Positions 35,523 through 44,789 of a stretch of DNA of 47,917 nucleotides are shown here, piece after piece. The notes below the pieces were generated by a model. The model saw nothing but the letters and a program-made list of their open reading frames with translations, was not told the DNA's origin and made no database searches. The DNA is from Candidatus Methylomirabilota bacterium (GTDB lineage Bacteria > Methylomirabilota > Methylomirabilia > Rokubacteriales > DASRDR01), in the NCBI GenBank assembly GCA_035652475.1, contig DASRDR010000288.1:1-47917 (forward strand), given 5' to 3'. The translations under genes were made by a program, and so were the position numbers. Position 1 is the first letter of the stretch, and every line of letters starts with the position of its first letter.

Positions 35523-36356
35523 TCAGTGCGACATGAGAACCGGAACCGTCATGTGCTGGAGCAGGTGGCGGGTCACTCCGCCGAGCACCATCTCCCGCAC
35601 CCGGGAGTGCCCGTAGGCGCCCATGACGATGAGATCGGCGCTCCGATCCGCGGCCGCCGAGAGGAGCACGTCGCCGACCGAGATGTCGATCGCGTGCGTC
35701 ACCGATGCCTCCGCCTGGATGCCATGGCGGGCGAGGTGGAGGGCGATGTCCGCCCCGGGCAGCCGGCCGGCCCGGCCGTCGTCCGGGGGGTCGATCGAGA
35801 GCACGGTCACGGTCTTGGCGCCGGCCAGGAGCGGCATCGCGTCGTGCACGGCCCGGGTGGCCTCCCGGCTGCCGTTCCAGGCGATCAGGACGCGCTCGCC
35901 GACCGTTTCGAAGGTGCCGTAGCGTGGCATCACCAGGACGGGCCGCCCCACTCCCAGCGCCAGCTCCTCGGGGAGGAACGCGAGCTCGCCCGGCCCGTCG
36001 GCCAGGTCGACCCCCTGGCCCACGATCGTGAGGTCCGCGTAACGGGCATGGAGCTTCACGGTCGAGATCAGGCTGCCCTCGGCCACCCGCCACTCGTGGC
36101 GGACGCCCTCCCGCTGCGCGTGCTCGCGGAACCGAGCCTCGGCACTTCGCGCGCGCTCCGCCAGCTGCCGCTCCTGCTCGGCGTAGAACGCGGGCGGGAG
36201 CTCCGCCTCCAGGTAGCCGGGGAGCGGGGAGGGCACCATGACGTGGAGCCCCGCGAGGTGGGCCTCCCGGCTCGCGGCGAGCGCGACGGCGATCTGGAGT
36301 CGCGACGCGCAGGCCGGATCGTTGTCCACGTACACCAGCAGGTCCTTGAGGCTCAT
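35523..36356 (-). CDS. tandem-domain universal stress protein
   Basis: Two UspA halves: MSLKDLLVYVDNDPACASRL...ADLTIVGQ... and RVLIAWNGSREATRAVHDAM...ADLIVMGAYGHSRVREMVLGGVTRHLLQHMTVPVLMSH. Confidence 0.85.
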   Translation of the reverse strand: MSLKDLLVYVDNDPACASRLQIAVALAASREAHLAGLHVMVPSPLPGYLEAELPPAFYAEQERQLAERARSAEARFREHAQREGVRHEWRVAEGSLISTVKLHARYADLTIVGQGVDLADGPGELAFLPEELALGVGRPVLVMPRYGTFETVGERVLIAWNGSREATRAVHDAMPLLAGAKTVTVLSIDPPDDGRAGRLPGADIALHLARHGIQAEASVTHAIDISVGDVLLSAAADRSADLIVMGAYGHSRVREMVLGGVTRHLLQHMTVPVLMSH

Positions 36357-36418
36357 CGCTCGTCGTCCTCCCTCGCGTTCTTCGGATCCGCGGGCAGGTG
36401 CGTGACCATGGCGGACCG

Positions 36419-36434
36419 TGCAACGGGGGTGCCA
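36419..36434 (-). promoter_or_regulatory. sigma-54 promoter P4 (TGGCACccccgTTGCA)
   Basis: The minus strand gives a perfect consensus TGGCAC-N5-TTGCA, 62 nt upstream of the tandem-USP ATG (36356). Confidence 0.7.
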
Positions 36435-36584
36435 CCGAGGTGCTGGCCTGTCGCCGGGCCGGCTGCCGGCGGTCGCCGGCACAGGTATCCCGTCGTCGCC
36501 CCACGTGGGGCACTCGAGCCGCTCGGGTGAGAGAGCCCGGGCGCGGGACTCCCGGTCCCGCGGGAGTCGCCGACGCGCCGGGCG

Positions 36585-36600
36585 TGGCATCGCGGTTGCT
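36585..36600 (+). promoter_or_regulatory. sigma-54 promoter P5 (TGGCATcgcggTTGCT)
   Basis: The plus strand reads TGGCAT-N5-TTGCT with exact spacing, ending 16 nt before the ATG at 36617. It is divergent from P4, about 150 bp away. Confidence 0.65.
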
Positions 36601-36616
36601 CCGTTCCCACGCGGAC

Positions 36617-37582
36617 ATGAACGCGCCGTGCGGCGGCGACGCGTGGGCGATGATCCTCGCGGGAGGGGAGGGAGTTCGCCTGCGCCCTCTGACCCGACGG
36701 ATTGCCGGCGACGACCGCCCGAAGCAGTTCTGCCCGCTCCTCGGGGGCGAGACCCTGCTCGCCCGGACGCGTCGGCGCGCGGCCCTGGCCGTGAGCCCCC
36801 GGCGGACGGTGTTCCTTCTCACCGAGAGCCATGAGCCCTTCTACGCGCCCCTCCTGGCCGACGTCCCACCGGAGCGCCTGGTGGTGCAGCCCTCCGGTCG
36901 CGGGACCGCGCCCGCGATCCTCTACGGTCTGCTCCGGATCGCCGAACGTGGGGGCGACGATCCCGTCGCCATGCTGCCGTCCGACCACTACGTCTCGGAC
37001 GACGCCCGGTTCATGGAGCACGTGGAGGCGGCCTTCGCCGCGGTGCGCCTCCGGCCGGAGCTGATCATCCTGCTCGGGATCCAGGCGGACCGGCCGGAGC
37101 CTCAGTACGGCTGGATCGAGCCGGCCGGCCGGCCGCTGCTGGAGTGCGGCGGCCACCCTGTCCATCGCGTGCGCCGTTTCTGGGAGAAGCCGCCCCCCGC
37201 CCTCGCCGAGCGCCTCCTCGATCGCGCGTGCCTGTGGAACAGCTTCGTGGTCGTGGGGCGCGTCCCCGCGCTGCTCGCGCTCATCCGGGCGAGCGCCCCC
37301 GCGCTGGAGGGCGCCTTCGCGGCGGCCTGGCGGCGCCGGGCGGTGGACGGGGCAGGCGATGCAGTGCGGCAGCTCTACCGCGAGCTGGCGCCGGCGGACT
37401 TCTCGGCGGACGTGCTCGCCGCCAGGCCAGCGAGCCTCGCGGTCCTCGCCGTGCGCGGCGTGGACTGGTGCGACTGGGGCGAGCCTGGCCGGGTCCGGCG
37501 GACCCTGGCGCGGCTCGGAGGCAGACGCGCGTCGCCGGAGCCGCGCGCCGCCGCGGCGGCGCGCACGGACCGGTCCGCATGA
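36617..37582 (+). CDS. NDP-sugar pyrophosphorylase (mannose-1-phosphate guanylyltransferase-like nucleotidyltransferase)
   Basis: WAMILAGGEGVRLRPLTRRIAGDDRPKQFCPLLGGETLL...LVVQPSGRGTAPAILYGL...MLPSDHYV...GWIE...FWEKP...WNSFVVVG. Confidence 0.8.
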   Translation: MNAPCGGDAWAMILAGGEGVRLRPLTRRIAGDDRPKQFCPLLGGETLLARTRRRAALAVSPRRTVFLLTESHEPFYAPLLADVPPERLVVQPSGRGTAPAILYGLLRIAERGGDDPVAMLPSDHYVSDDARFMEHVEAAFAAVRLRPELIILLGIQADRPEPQYGWIEPAGRPLLECGGHPVHRVRRFWEKPPPALAERLLDRACLWNSFVVVGRVPALLALIRASAPALEGAFAAAWRRRAVDGAGDAVRQLYRELAPADFSADVLAARPASLAVLAVRGVDWCDWGEPGRVRRTLARLGGRRASPEPRAAAAARTDRSA

Positions 37583-38844
37583 TGCCGCGCCGAAGCGGGG
37601 CGGGGGGCGATCGGCTCGCGCCGGATCTGTCGCCCGGGTGGCCGCGAGCGGGGACCGTCGGGATCGCGCTGGCGGCGATGGCCATGGCCGCGGGTCTCGC
37701 GGGGCTCGGGGCGAGCCTCCGCGCCACCAGCCGGGCGATCGCGGAGCTGACCGCGGGCATCGAGCGCGAGCGGCTCGGACGCGAGGCCCTGGCCCGCGAG
37801 ATGCTCGCGGACCGGACCCGTCTGGCCGCGTACCAGGCCGACGTCCGGAACCTGATCGCGGCCGGACGGGCTGAGGTCACCGCCGTGGAACGGACGGTGC
37901 AGGCGCTCGAGGCGGAGCGCCTCGCGGGCGAGCGGATCATCCGGGCCTACGGCCCCGGGGTGGCCCTCCTGCAGGGCACGCTGGTCTACGAGGACCGCGA
38001 GGGGCGGCCGCTCCGGTACTCCACGGACGCGGCTCACCGGCGTCGCGGGGAGCCGCCGGCCGGTCCACGGATCAGCCTGGACGGGCGCGGCGACGTGGTC
38101 GAGTCGACCTTCCTCGGGACCGGCTTCCTGGCCAGCCGCGACGGCGCGGTGCTGACGAACCGCCACATCGCGTATCCGTGGGAGCGGGACGACGAGCTGG
38201 GCGACCTGCTGGAGCAAGAGGGGCTCACCCCGCGGGTGGTGCAGCTCCGCGCCCTCTTCCCGGGGGTACCGGAGCCCGTCGCGCTGAGCGTCGTGCGCGC
38301 CTCCCGGGACGCTGACGTCGTGGTCCTGCGAGGTCGCGTACCGACGTCGGTCCCGGTCCTTCCGCTGGAGCGCACCGGGCAGCTGGCGATCCCAGGACGC
38401 TCGGTCATTGTCCTGGGGCATCCCGGGGGCCTCGAGCTTCTGCTGGCCCGGGTTGACCCGGCGGTCCTGCGCGCGCTGATCGGACCCGACGCAACCGCGC
38501 TCGGCGACACGACCGTCCCCGTTCCGGCGCTGCTCGAGCGCCTGAACCGTCTCGGCCAGATCCGCGCGTACGCGACGTGGGGCCACCTGGCGGACACGCG
38601 GCCGCACCAGCTCGCCCACGACGCCGCCACGAGCATCGGCGGCAGCGGCGGCCCGATCTTCGCGACCTCGGGGCGCGTGATCGGCATCAGCACGGCCGTC
38701 GTCACCGGCCTCGACGGGGCCGCGCTCGGGACGCCGATCCGATCCGCGCTGGCCCTCCTGGACTCGGCCCGCCGCCCGGCGGCGCGGCGGCCGGGACCGT
38801 CGGGCGCTTCGACGCCGTCACTCGCGCCGGGTCCGAGCCGATAG
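37579..38844 (+). CDS. membrane-anchored trypsin-like (S1) serine protease with a coiled-coil linker
   Basis: The ATG overlaps the upstream stop (ATGA). TM segment VGIALAAMAMAAGLAGLG. Triad contexts: LTNRHIAYPW (His), DADVVVLRG (Asp), IGGSGGPIF (Ser). Confidence 0.7.
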   Translation: MMPRRSGAGGDRLAPDLSPGWPRAGTVGIALAAMAMAAGLAGLGASLRATSRAIAELTAGIERERLGREALAREMLADRTRLAAYQADVRNLIAAGRAEVTAVERTVQALEAERLAGERIIRAYGPGVALLQGTLVYEDREGRPLRYSTDAAHRRRGEPPAGPRISLDGRGDVVESTFLGTGFLASRDGAVLTNRHIAYPWERDDELGDLLEQEGLTPRVVQLRALFPGVPEPVALSVVRASRDADVVVLRGRVPTSVPVLPLERTGQLAIPGRSVIVLGHPGGLELLLARVDPAVLRALIGPDATALGDTTVPVPALLERLNRLGQIRAYATWGHLADTRPHQLAHDAATSIGGSGGPIFATSGRVIGISTAVVTGLDGAALGTPIRSALALLDSARRPAARRPGPSGASTPSLAPGPSR

Positions 38845-38989
38845 GCGCGCCGGAGGGCGAGGCGTCGCGCCTCCGGCTGCGAAGATCGCACATGGAGCCG
38901 GCGCGGCGCCCGTGGCTCGTGACATCGCGGCCTGGCGGGGAGGGCCGGGGCGGGGGGCCGCGGCCGGCGCATCCCGCGCGGCGGCCGAC

Positions 38990-39751
38990 ATGAGCCCCTG
39001 GAGCGCCAGCGTACTGAGCGTGGTCGTCGTGAGTTTGGTCTCGCTCGTCGGACTCGCCACCATGCCCCTCACCGAGGCGGCCATCCGGCGGGTGGCGGGG
39101 CTCCTGGTCAGCTTCGCCGTCGGCGCGCTGCTCGGCGATGCCTTCATCCATCTCATCCCGCAGTCGTTCCACCCGGGCGAGCCGACCCTCTCGGCGTCGC
39201 TCCTGGTCCTGGGCGGGATCCTGCTGTTCTTCGTCGCGGAGAAGCTCCTCCGACACGAGCACGGGCCCCTCCACCGGCACCACCATCCCGCTGCGTCGAC
39301 CCGACCCGAGCTGGCCGCGATCAACGTCCTCGGCGACGCGATCCACAACTTCATCGACGGCATGCTGATCGCCGCCAGCTACCTGGCGAGCCCGACCCTC
39401 GGCGTCGCCACGACGGTCGCGGTGCTCTTCCACGAGATCCCGCAGGAGCTCGGGGATTTCGGGATCCTGCTCCACAGCGGCCTCACCGTCCGGCAGGCGG
39501 TCCTCGTCAACCTGGGGTCGGGCAGCGTCGCGGTCCTCGGGACGGTCGGCGTGCTGGTGGCCGGGGGGGTCTCGGTGGCCGCCGTCACCACGGTCCTGGT
39601 GCCGATCGCGGCGGGGGGGTTCGTGTACATCGCCGCAGCCGACCTGATCCCGGAGCTCCAGCACGAGCGGAGCCTGCGCGGCCTGCTCGCGCAGGCGACC
39701 CTGATCTTGCTCGGAATCGGGGTCATGGGGGCGCTGACCAGCCTCGAGTGA
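38990..39751 (+). CDS. ZIP-family divalent metal transporter (ZupT-like)
   Basis: VGALLGDAFIHLIP, a His-rich loop HEHGPLHRHHHP, NVLGDAIHNFIDGMLIAASY, LFHEIPQELGDFGILL, GGFVYIAAADLIPEL. Confidence 0.85.
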   Translation: MSPWSASVLSVVVVSLVSLVGLATMPLTEAAIRRVAGLLVSFAVGALLGDAFIHLIPQSFHPGEPTLSASLLVLGGILLFFVAEKLLRHEHGPLHRHHHPAASTRPELAAINVLGDAIHNFIDGMLIAASYLASPTLGVATTVAVLFHEIPQELGDFGILLHSGLTVRQAVLVNLGSGSVAVLGTVGVLVAGGVSVAAVTTVLVPIAAGGFVYIAAADLIPELQHERSLRGLLAQATLILLGIGVMGALTSLE

Positions 39752-39884
39752 TCCCGCGGCCCGGGCGGCTTCGGGGCCGCGGCGGGCCGTCGGAAGAGGG
39801 GCCGGACCGCGCCGGGGCGACGGCCGGGGGCCCCGTGCCGGCGCGTGGCGTCATGCTACAGTCTGGAGGGCGGAATGCGCGGGC

Positions 39885-41321
39885 GTGCCGCCAGGGCCAG
39901 CGATGCGGCGCGGCGGCGACGCTCCACCCGCGGCGGAGGTGAGCGCGACGGTGCGCGTGTTGATCGTCGACGACGAACCGGATGTGGTCGCGAACTGGGC
40001 GCGGGTGCTGCAGCGCGACGGGCACACATGCGTGGCGACCACCGACGGCGAGCGGGCGCTGGGGCTGCTCGAGAGCGAGCGGCCGGAGATCGTGCTCACC
40101 GACCTCAAGATGCCTGGCGTCGACGGGATGCAGGTCCTGACCCGCGCGATCGACCTGGATCCGGACGCCGTGGTGATCGTGATCACCGGGCACGGGACGG
40201 TCGAGTCCGCGGTGCAGGCCATGCGGGCCGGCGCATTCGATTACCTCCTGAAGCCGCTGCCCTCCAATGACGTGCTCAGCCTCGCGGTCGAGCGGGCGCG
40301 CGAGCGGCGGCGCCTCGTCGAGGAGAATCGCCGGCTCCGCGAGCCCCTGGCCTCGCGCGCCGGCTTCGACGACATCGTGGGCAAGGGCCCGGCGATGGAG
40401 GCGGTCTTCGATCTCGTCCAGCGGGCAGCCCGATCCGACGCCAACATCCTGATCCAGGGCGAGTCGGGCACGGGCAAGGAGCTGATCGCACGGGCGATTC
40501 ACGCCAACAGTCCCCGCGCGGCCGAGATCTTCGTCCCGGTCGACTGCGCCGCGCTCCCGGACGCCCTGCTGGAGTCGGAGCTGTTCGGCCACGAGCGCGG
40601 CGCATTCACCGGCGCCGACCGCGCGAAGCCCGGGATGATCGAGGTGGCGGATCGCGGCACGCTCTTCCTGGACGAGATCGGGGAGCTCCCGCTCGCGCTG
40701 CAGCCGAAGCTGCTCCGCGCGCTCCAGGAGCGGCAGATCCGACGCGTCGGCTCCACGCGGTTCCTGAGCGTGGACGTCCGGCTGGTCGCCGCCACGAACC
40801 GCGACATCGGGGCGCTGGTGCGGAAGGGCGAGTTCCGCGAGGAGCTCTTCTATCGCGTCAACGTCATCACGATCGCGCTCCCGCCGCTCCGGGAGCGGGC
40901 GGGGGACGTGAAGCTCCTGGCCCATCACTTCTTGCGTCGGTACGGTCGGAACCGGGAGCGCCCGCTGGAGGGGTTCGAGCCCGAGGTGCTCGGTCTGCTG
41001 CAGGCGTACTCGTGGCCCGGCAACGTCCGCGAGCTGCAGAACGTGGTCGAGCGAGCCTGTGCCCTGGCCGACGGGCCGGTCATCCGCGCCCGTGACCTGC
41101 CCGAGCACGTCCGGGGCCGCGGCCGGCCAGCGCCCGCGACCCCCGGCAAGGACCTCCCGCTGGCGGAAGCCCGCGAGATCTGGCTCCGCGGCTTCGCCCA
41201 GGAGTACCTGACCGATCTCCTGCGGCGCCACGGCGGGAACGTCTCCCAGGCGGCCAAGACCGCCGGGGTGGACCGGAAGACCCTCCACCGCCTGCTGGCC
41301 CGGCACGGGATCCGTGGCTGA
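39885..41321 (+). CDS. sigma-54-dependent response regulator (REC-AAA+-Fis HTH; NtrC family)
   Basis: REC (VLIVDDEPD...VLTDLKMPGVDG...DYLLKP), AAA+ (ILIQGESGTGKELIARAIH, GAFTGA, LFLDEIGELP, RLVAATN, ELFYRVN) and C-terminal HTH (GNVSQAAKTAGVDRKTLHRLL). The exact start is uncertain (39885-39951). Confidence 0.9.
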   Translation: MPPGPAMRRGGDAPPAAEVSATVRVLIVDDEPDVVANWARVLQRDGHTCVATTDGERALGLLESERPEIVLTDLKMPGVDGMQVLTRAIDLDPDAVVIVITGHGTVESAVQAMRAGAFDYLLKPLPSNDVLSLAVERARERRRLVEENRRLREPLASRAGFDDIVGKGPAMEAVFDLVQRAARSDANILIQGESGTGKELIARAIHANSPRAAEIFVPVDCAALPDALLESELFGHERGAFTGADRAKPGMIEVADRGTLFLDEIGELPLALQPKLLRALQERQIRRVGSTRFLSVDVRLVAATNRDIGALVRKGEFREELFYRVNVITIALPPLRERAGDVKLLAHHFLRRYGRNRERPLEGFEPEVLGLLQAYSWPGNVRELQNVVERACALADGPVIRARDLPEHVRGRGRPAPATPGKDLPLAEAREIWLRGFAQEYLTDLLRRHGGNVSQAAKTAGVDRKTLHRLLARHGIRG

Positions 41322-41421
41322 TGCCCGCCCGCCGCCCGATCCGCCGGGGCACGCCTCGGCCCTGGCGGGTGCCGCCGACCGCTTCGTGCCGGCGCCGAGG
41401 CCCCCGGAGCTCAGCCGGCGG

Positions 41422-41787
41422 TCATGCGAGCGGCGCGGCGCCGGTCGCCAGCAGCCGGCGCGCCGCGTAGTACTTCTTCGGCCGCCGCCGGCTCTCCCGG
41501 AGCCGGTCCCGCTCCTGCGCGAGCTCGCGCTCGAGGACCGTCACGGCCTCGTCGAACGCCCGTCGCGCGGCGGTGGCGGTCTGCTCGACGCGCAGATCGG
41601 CCCGCCCGGGGCGTCGGACCGTGAGCGCGCAGCGCATGGCGCGACCGCCCTTCGGGCCGTTGTCGTCGAAGAACGTCGCCAGGGCCGTCACGGGAGCGGG
41701 CAGGCCCTGGACCGCCGCCGCCAGCTTCGTCGCGACGCGGGTACGCAGGGCGCCGTCGACCGGGATCCCGCGGATCTCGAGCTTCAT
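41422..41787 (-). CDS. HPF/RaiA-family ribosome-associated (hibernation-factor-like) protein
   Basis: MKLEIRGIPVDGALRTRVATKLAAAVQGL...RCALTVRRPGRADLRVEQTATAARRAFDEAVTVLERELAQERDRLRE follows the M-x-[LI]-x-I-x-G-x-x-[VI]-x-x-x-x-L-R...K-L...L-E-R-x-L pattern of sigma-54 modulation protein/HPF. GAGGAG RBS. Confidence 0.6.
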   Translation of the reverse strand: MKLEIRGIPVDGALRTRVATKLAAAVQGLPAPVTALATFFDDNGPKGGRAMRCALTVRRPGRADLRVEQTATAARRAFDEAVTVLERELAQERDRLRESRRRPKKYYAARRLLATGAAPLA

Positions 41788-41843
41788 CGCATGCTCCTCG
41801 CTTGAGGGTGCCCGCGACCCGGGTCGGACCGGGTCGCGCGTCG

Positions 41844-42854
41844 TCACGCCCCGGGATCCACCGCGAGGATCGCGGTTCCCCGGATCAGATCCCGCCGGAG
41901 CTGGACCAGGGCGTCATTGGCCTCCTCCAGCCGGAACGCTGTGGTCTCCGGCCGGATGGGGATCGCGGCGGCCTCGCGGAAGAGCTCCTCGCCGTCCCTC
42001 CGCGTGTTGGCCTCGACGCTGGTCAGGACCTTCTCGTGGAACAGGCACTCCGCGTAGGCCATGGTCGGGACCGGGCTCAGATGGATGCCGGCGATCGCGA
42101 CGGTGCCGCCCTTGCGCACCGCCCGGAGCGCGACAGGCACGAGCTCGCCGGCGGGAGCGAAGAGGATCGCGGCATCGAGCGGCTCCGGCATCGCCTGGGC
42201 GGCCTGGCCGACCCACTCGGCCCCCAGTTGGCGGGCCAGGGCCCGATGGCTCGCCCCGCGCGTGGCGACGAAGACGCGGCAGCCACGGTGGCGGGCGATC
42301 TGGATCACGATGTGAGCCGAGGATCCGAAGCCGTACAGGCCCAGCCGGCCGCCGGGCGGCACCGCGCTCCGCCGGAGCGCCCGGTACCCGATGATCCCCG
42401 CGCACAGGAGCGGGGCGGCCTCCCGGTCGGAGAAGACGGGCGGGATCGGGTAGGCGAACGCCTCCGGCACGAGGGCGAGCTCGGAGTACCCGCCGTCGGC
42501 GTGGTAGCCGGTGTAGCGCGAACGCTCGCAGAGGTTCTCCTGGCCCGCCCGGCAGAACTCGCACGTCCCGCACGTCCAGCGGAGCCAGGCGATGCCGATC
42601 CGATCGCCGATCCGGAATCGCTGGCAGCCGGGCCCGAGGGCGTCCACCGTGCCGACGACCTGATGCCCGGGGATGAGCGGCATGCACCGCGGCGGGAGGT
42701 CTCCCTCGATGACGTGGAGATCCGTGCGGCAGATCGCGGAGGTGCGCACACGGACCCGGACCTCGCCCGCGGCCGGCGCCGGATCCGGGACCTCCTCCAG
42801 GCGGAGGGGATGGGTGTCGATGAGGGCCTGGCCGTGGAGCCGCATGGCCCTCAT
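41844..42854 (-). CDS. zinc-dependent alcohol dehydrogenase (MDR family)
   Basis: ICRTDLHVIEGDL...PLIPGHQVVGTV, the structural-zinc loop CGTCEFCRAGQENLC, and the GLYGFGSSAH Rossmann motif. AGGAGG RBS. Confidence 0.9.
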   Translation of the reverse strand: MRAMRLHGQALIDTHPLRLEEVPDPAPAAGEVRVRVRTSAICRTDLHVIEGDLPPRCMPLIPGHQVVGTVDALGPGCQRFRIGDRIGIAWLRWTCGTCEFCRAGQENLCERSRYTGYHADGGYSELALVPEAFAYPIPPVFSDREAAPLLCAGIIGYRALRRSAVPPGGRLGLYGFGSSAHIVIQIARHRGCRVFVATRGASHRALARQLGAEWVGQAAQAMPEPLDAAILFAPAGELVPVALRAVRKGGTVAIAGIHLSPVPTMAYAECLFHEKVLTSVEANTRRDGEELFREAAAIPIRPETTAFRLEEANDALVQLRRDLIRGTAILAVDPGA

Positions 42855-42997
42855 GCCGGCCTCCTGCGCGCCATCCTTCGCCCGGCCCGGGCTGCCGGCG
42901 CGGACACCGGGTGCGGTCGCTCTTCCGTCGAGCCGAAACCCGGGCCGCGGGGATCGCACTCGGCGCGAAGCTTCTCCGCGAGGAGCGCGCGCATCAT
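42851..42997 (-). CDS. possible 48-aa upstream ORF translationally coupled to the ADH gene
   Basis: MMRALLAEKLRAECDPRGPGFGSTEERPHPVSAPAARAGRRMARRRPA. It has high GC3 and its TGA overlaps the ADH ATG (ATGA). It lies inside the roughly 210-nt leader predicted from promoter P6. Confidence 0.25.
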   Translation of the reverse strand: MMRALLAEKLRAECDPRGPGFGSTEERPHPVSAPAARAGRRMARRRPA

Positions 42998-43075
42998 CGC
43001 CCCCCGCAGTCTGACCTCGGATGCGACTGGGTCATGCTCCTCCGCGCGCCCGGTTGCCGGCGCGCCGCTCGGAGG

Positions 43076-43091
43076 TGCAACGCGGGTGCCA
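43076..43091 (-). promoter_or_regulatory. sigma-54 promoter P6 (TGGCACccgcgTTGCA)
   Basis: The minus strand gives a perfect consensus TGGCAC-N5-TTGCA, 241 nt downstream of the rtcB stop and about 220 nt upstream of the ADH ATG. Confidence 0.65.
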
Positions 43092-43331
43092 CTGGTGGGA
43101 CCAAGGCAGGCCCGTTCGAGGCCCCGGGCCCGCGCCCCTGGCCCCTTCGATCGCTTCCCCGGAGTGCCCCGGCCGCACCCCACCTGTGACACGCTCGCCT
43201 CAGCGAACCAGCCGGCGGCATGCACGCTCGCCCTCCCGGAAGCTGCGAGTTATCGCCGCGGTGCTGCCGGCCCCGGCAGGTTGCGCTCCCCGAACAGCCG
43301 GTACGCTCCCTCGAATACCCGGGAGCCACGC

Positions 43332-44777
43332 TCAGCCCTTGATGTTCCCGATCGGGGTCAGGCTCACGACGGGGCGCGACAGGTCGAGGCGTGCCAGGAC
43401 GTCGACGACGGCGCCCAGGTCCTTGTAGGCGAGGCCCGCCTCCTCGGCGACCCCCGCCGCGGACGCCGCCCGGACGATGATGCCGCGCCCGGCCATCTCG
43501 CGGAGCAGGGTCTCCCCGCGGACGCGCTTCTTCGCCTGGGCCCGTGACATCGTACGGCCCGCCCCGTGTGCCGTCGACCCGAAGGTCTCGGCCATCGCGC
43601 GCGCCGTCCCCACCAGGAGCGCCGACCCGGTCTCCATCGACCCGCCAATGATGACCGGCTGACCCACGGCGCGGTAGTCCTCCGGCACGTCGGGGGCTCC
43701 GGGACCGAAGGCCCGCGTGGCGCCCTTGCGGTGCACCAGGAGATCCACCGGCCGGCCGTCGACCTCGTGGCGCTCGAGCTTCGCGGTGTTGTGGCAGACG
43801 TCGTAGACGACCTCCAGGCCGAGCTCGTGCGGGGACCGGCCGAACACGGTCGCGAACACCTCCCGGACCCGATGCGTGATGACCTGGCGATTCGCGAAGG
43901 CGGCATTGGCCGCGGCGGCCATCGCGGCGAAGTAGGCCTGTCCCTCCGGCGAGCGGAACGGCGCGCAGGCCAGCTCGCGGTCGCGCACCGTGATGCCGTA
44001 CCGGGCCATCGCTCCGTCGAACTGCCGGAGGTAGTCGGACCCGATCTGGTGCCCGAAGCCGCGCGACCCGCAGTGGAGCATGATGCACACCTGGCCGACC
44101 CGCTCGATGCCCAGCACGCGCGCGGTCCCCGGATCGTGGAGGCCGGTGGGGGGGACCACCTGCACCTCGAGGTAGTGGTTCCCCGCGCCCAGCGTGCCGA
44201 GCTGGTTGAGCCCTCGCTCGACCGCCCGTGGGCTGACCGCCGCGGGGTCGGCGCCGGGAAGACAGCCGCCGCCCTCGATGTGTGCCAGGTCCTCGGGCTC
44301 GCCGTAGCCCCGGCGGACACACCACCGCGCGCCCTCGCGCATCACCTCGCCGAACTCGGACTCCCGCAGGCGGACGAACCCGTGGGCGCCGACCCCGGTC
44401 GGGATCGCCGCGAACAGGGCGTCGACCAGGGCACGCAGCCGCGGCTGGACCTCGTCCTCGGTGAGGCTCGTCCGGATGAGCCGCATCCCGCAATTGATGT
44501 CGAACCCGATGCCGCCCGGCGAGATCACACCCTGATCCTCACAGAACGCGGCCACTCCGCCGATCGGGAACCCGTACCCCCAGTGGCCGTCGGGCATGCA
44601 CAGCGCCGCGCGGACGATGCCGGGCAGGCAGGCCACGTTCGTGATCTGCTCGAAGACACCCTGGTCCATCGCCCGCAGGAGGGGCTCGGAGGCGTAGATG
44701 CGCGCCGGCACCCGCATGCCCGGCTTCGTCTGCGTCGGGATCTCCCACACGCCGTCGGCCACCCGCACGATGTCCAT
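43332..44777 (-). CDS. rtcB: RNA 3'-phosphate ligase RtcB
   Basis: ACLPGIVRAALCMPDGHWGYGFPIGGVAAF, GGIGFDINCGMR, GTLGAGNHYLEVQ, MLHCGSRGFGHQ, CHNTA, HRKGATRAF, GSMETGS, TAHGAGR. The ATG at 44777 is preferred (GAGGAC RBS); an upstream TTG at 44795 is possible. Confidence 0.95.
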   Translation of the reverse strand: MDIVRVADGVWEIPTQTKPGMRVPARIYASEPLLRAMDQGVFEQITNVACLPGIVRAALCMPDGHWGYGFPIGGVAAFCEDQGVISPGGIGFDINCGMRLIRTSLTEDEVQPRLRALVDALFAAIPTGVGAHGFVRLRESEFGEVMREGARWCVRRGYGEPEDLAHIEGGGCLPGADPAAVSPRAVERGLNQLGTLGAGNHYLEVQVVPPTGLHDPGTARVLGIERVGQVCIMLHCGSRGFGHQIGSDYLRQFDGAMARYGITVRDRELACAPFRSPEGQAYFAAMAAAANAAFANRQVITHRVREVFATVFGRSPHELGLEVVYDVCHNTAKLERHEVDGRPVDLLVHRKGATRAFGPGAPDVPEDYRAVGQPVIIGGSMETGSALLVGTARAMAETFGSTAHGAGRTMSRAQAKKRVRGETLLREMAGRGIIVRAASAAGVAEEAGLAYKDLGAVVDVLARLDLSRPVVSLTPIGNIKG

Positions 44778-44789
44778 GTCCGTCCTCTG

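Noticed and set aside
41799-41814. GGGCACcctcaAGCGA upstream of the HPF-like gene (minus strand) as a seventh sigma-54 promoter
   Set aside because: The GG-to-GC spacing is 1 nt short and the -12 box is AGC. The implied start site would fall on the RBS or start codon.
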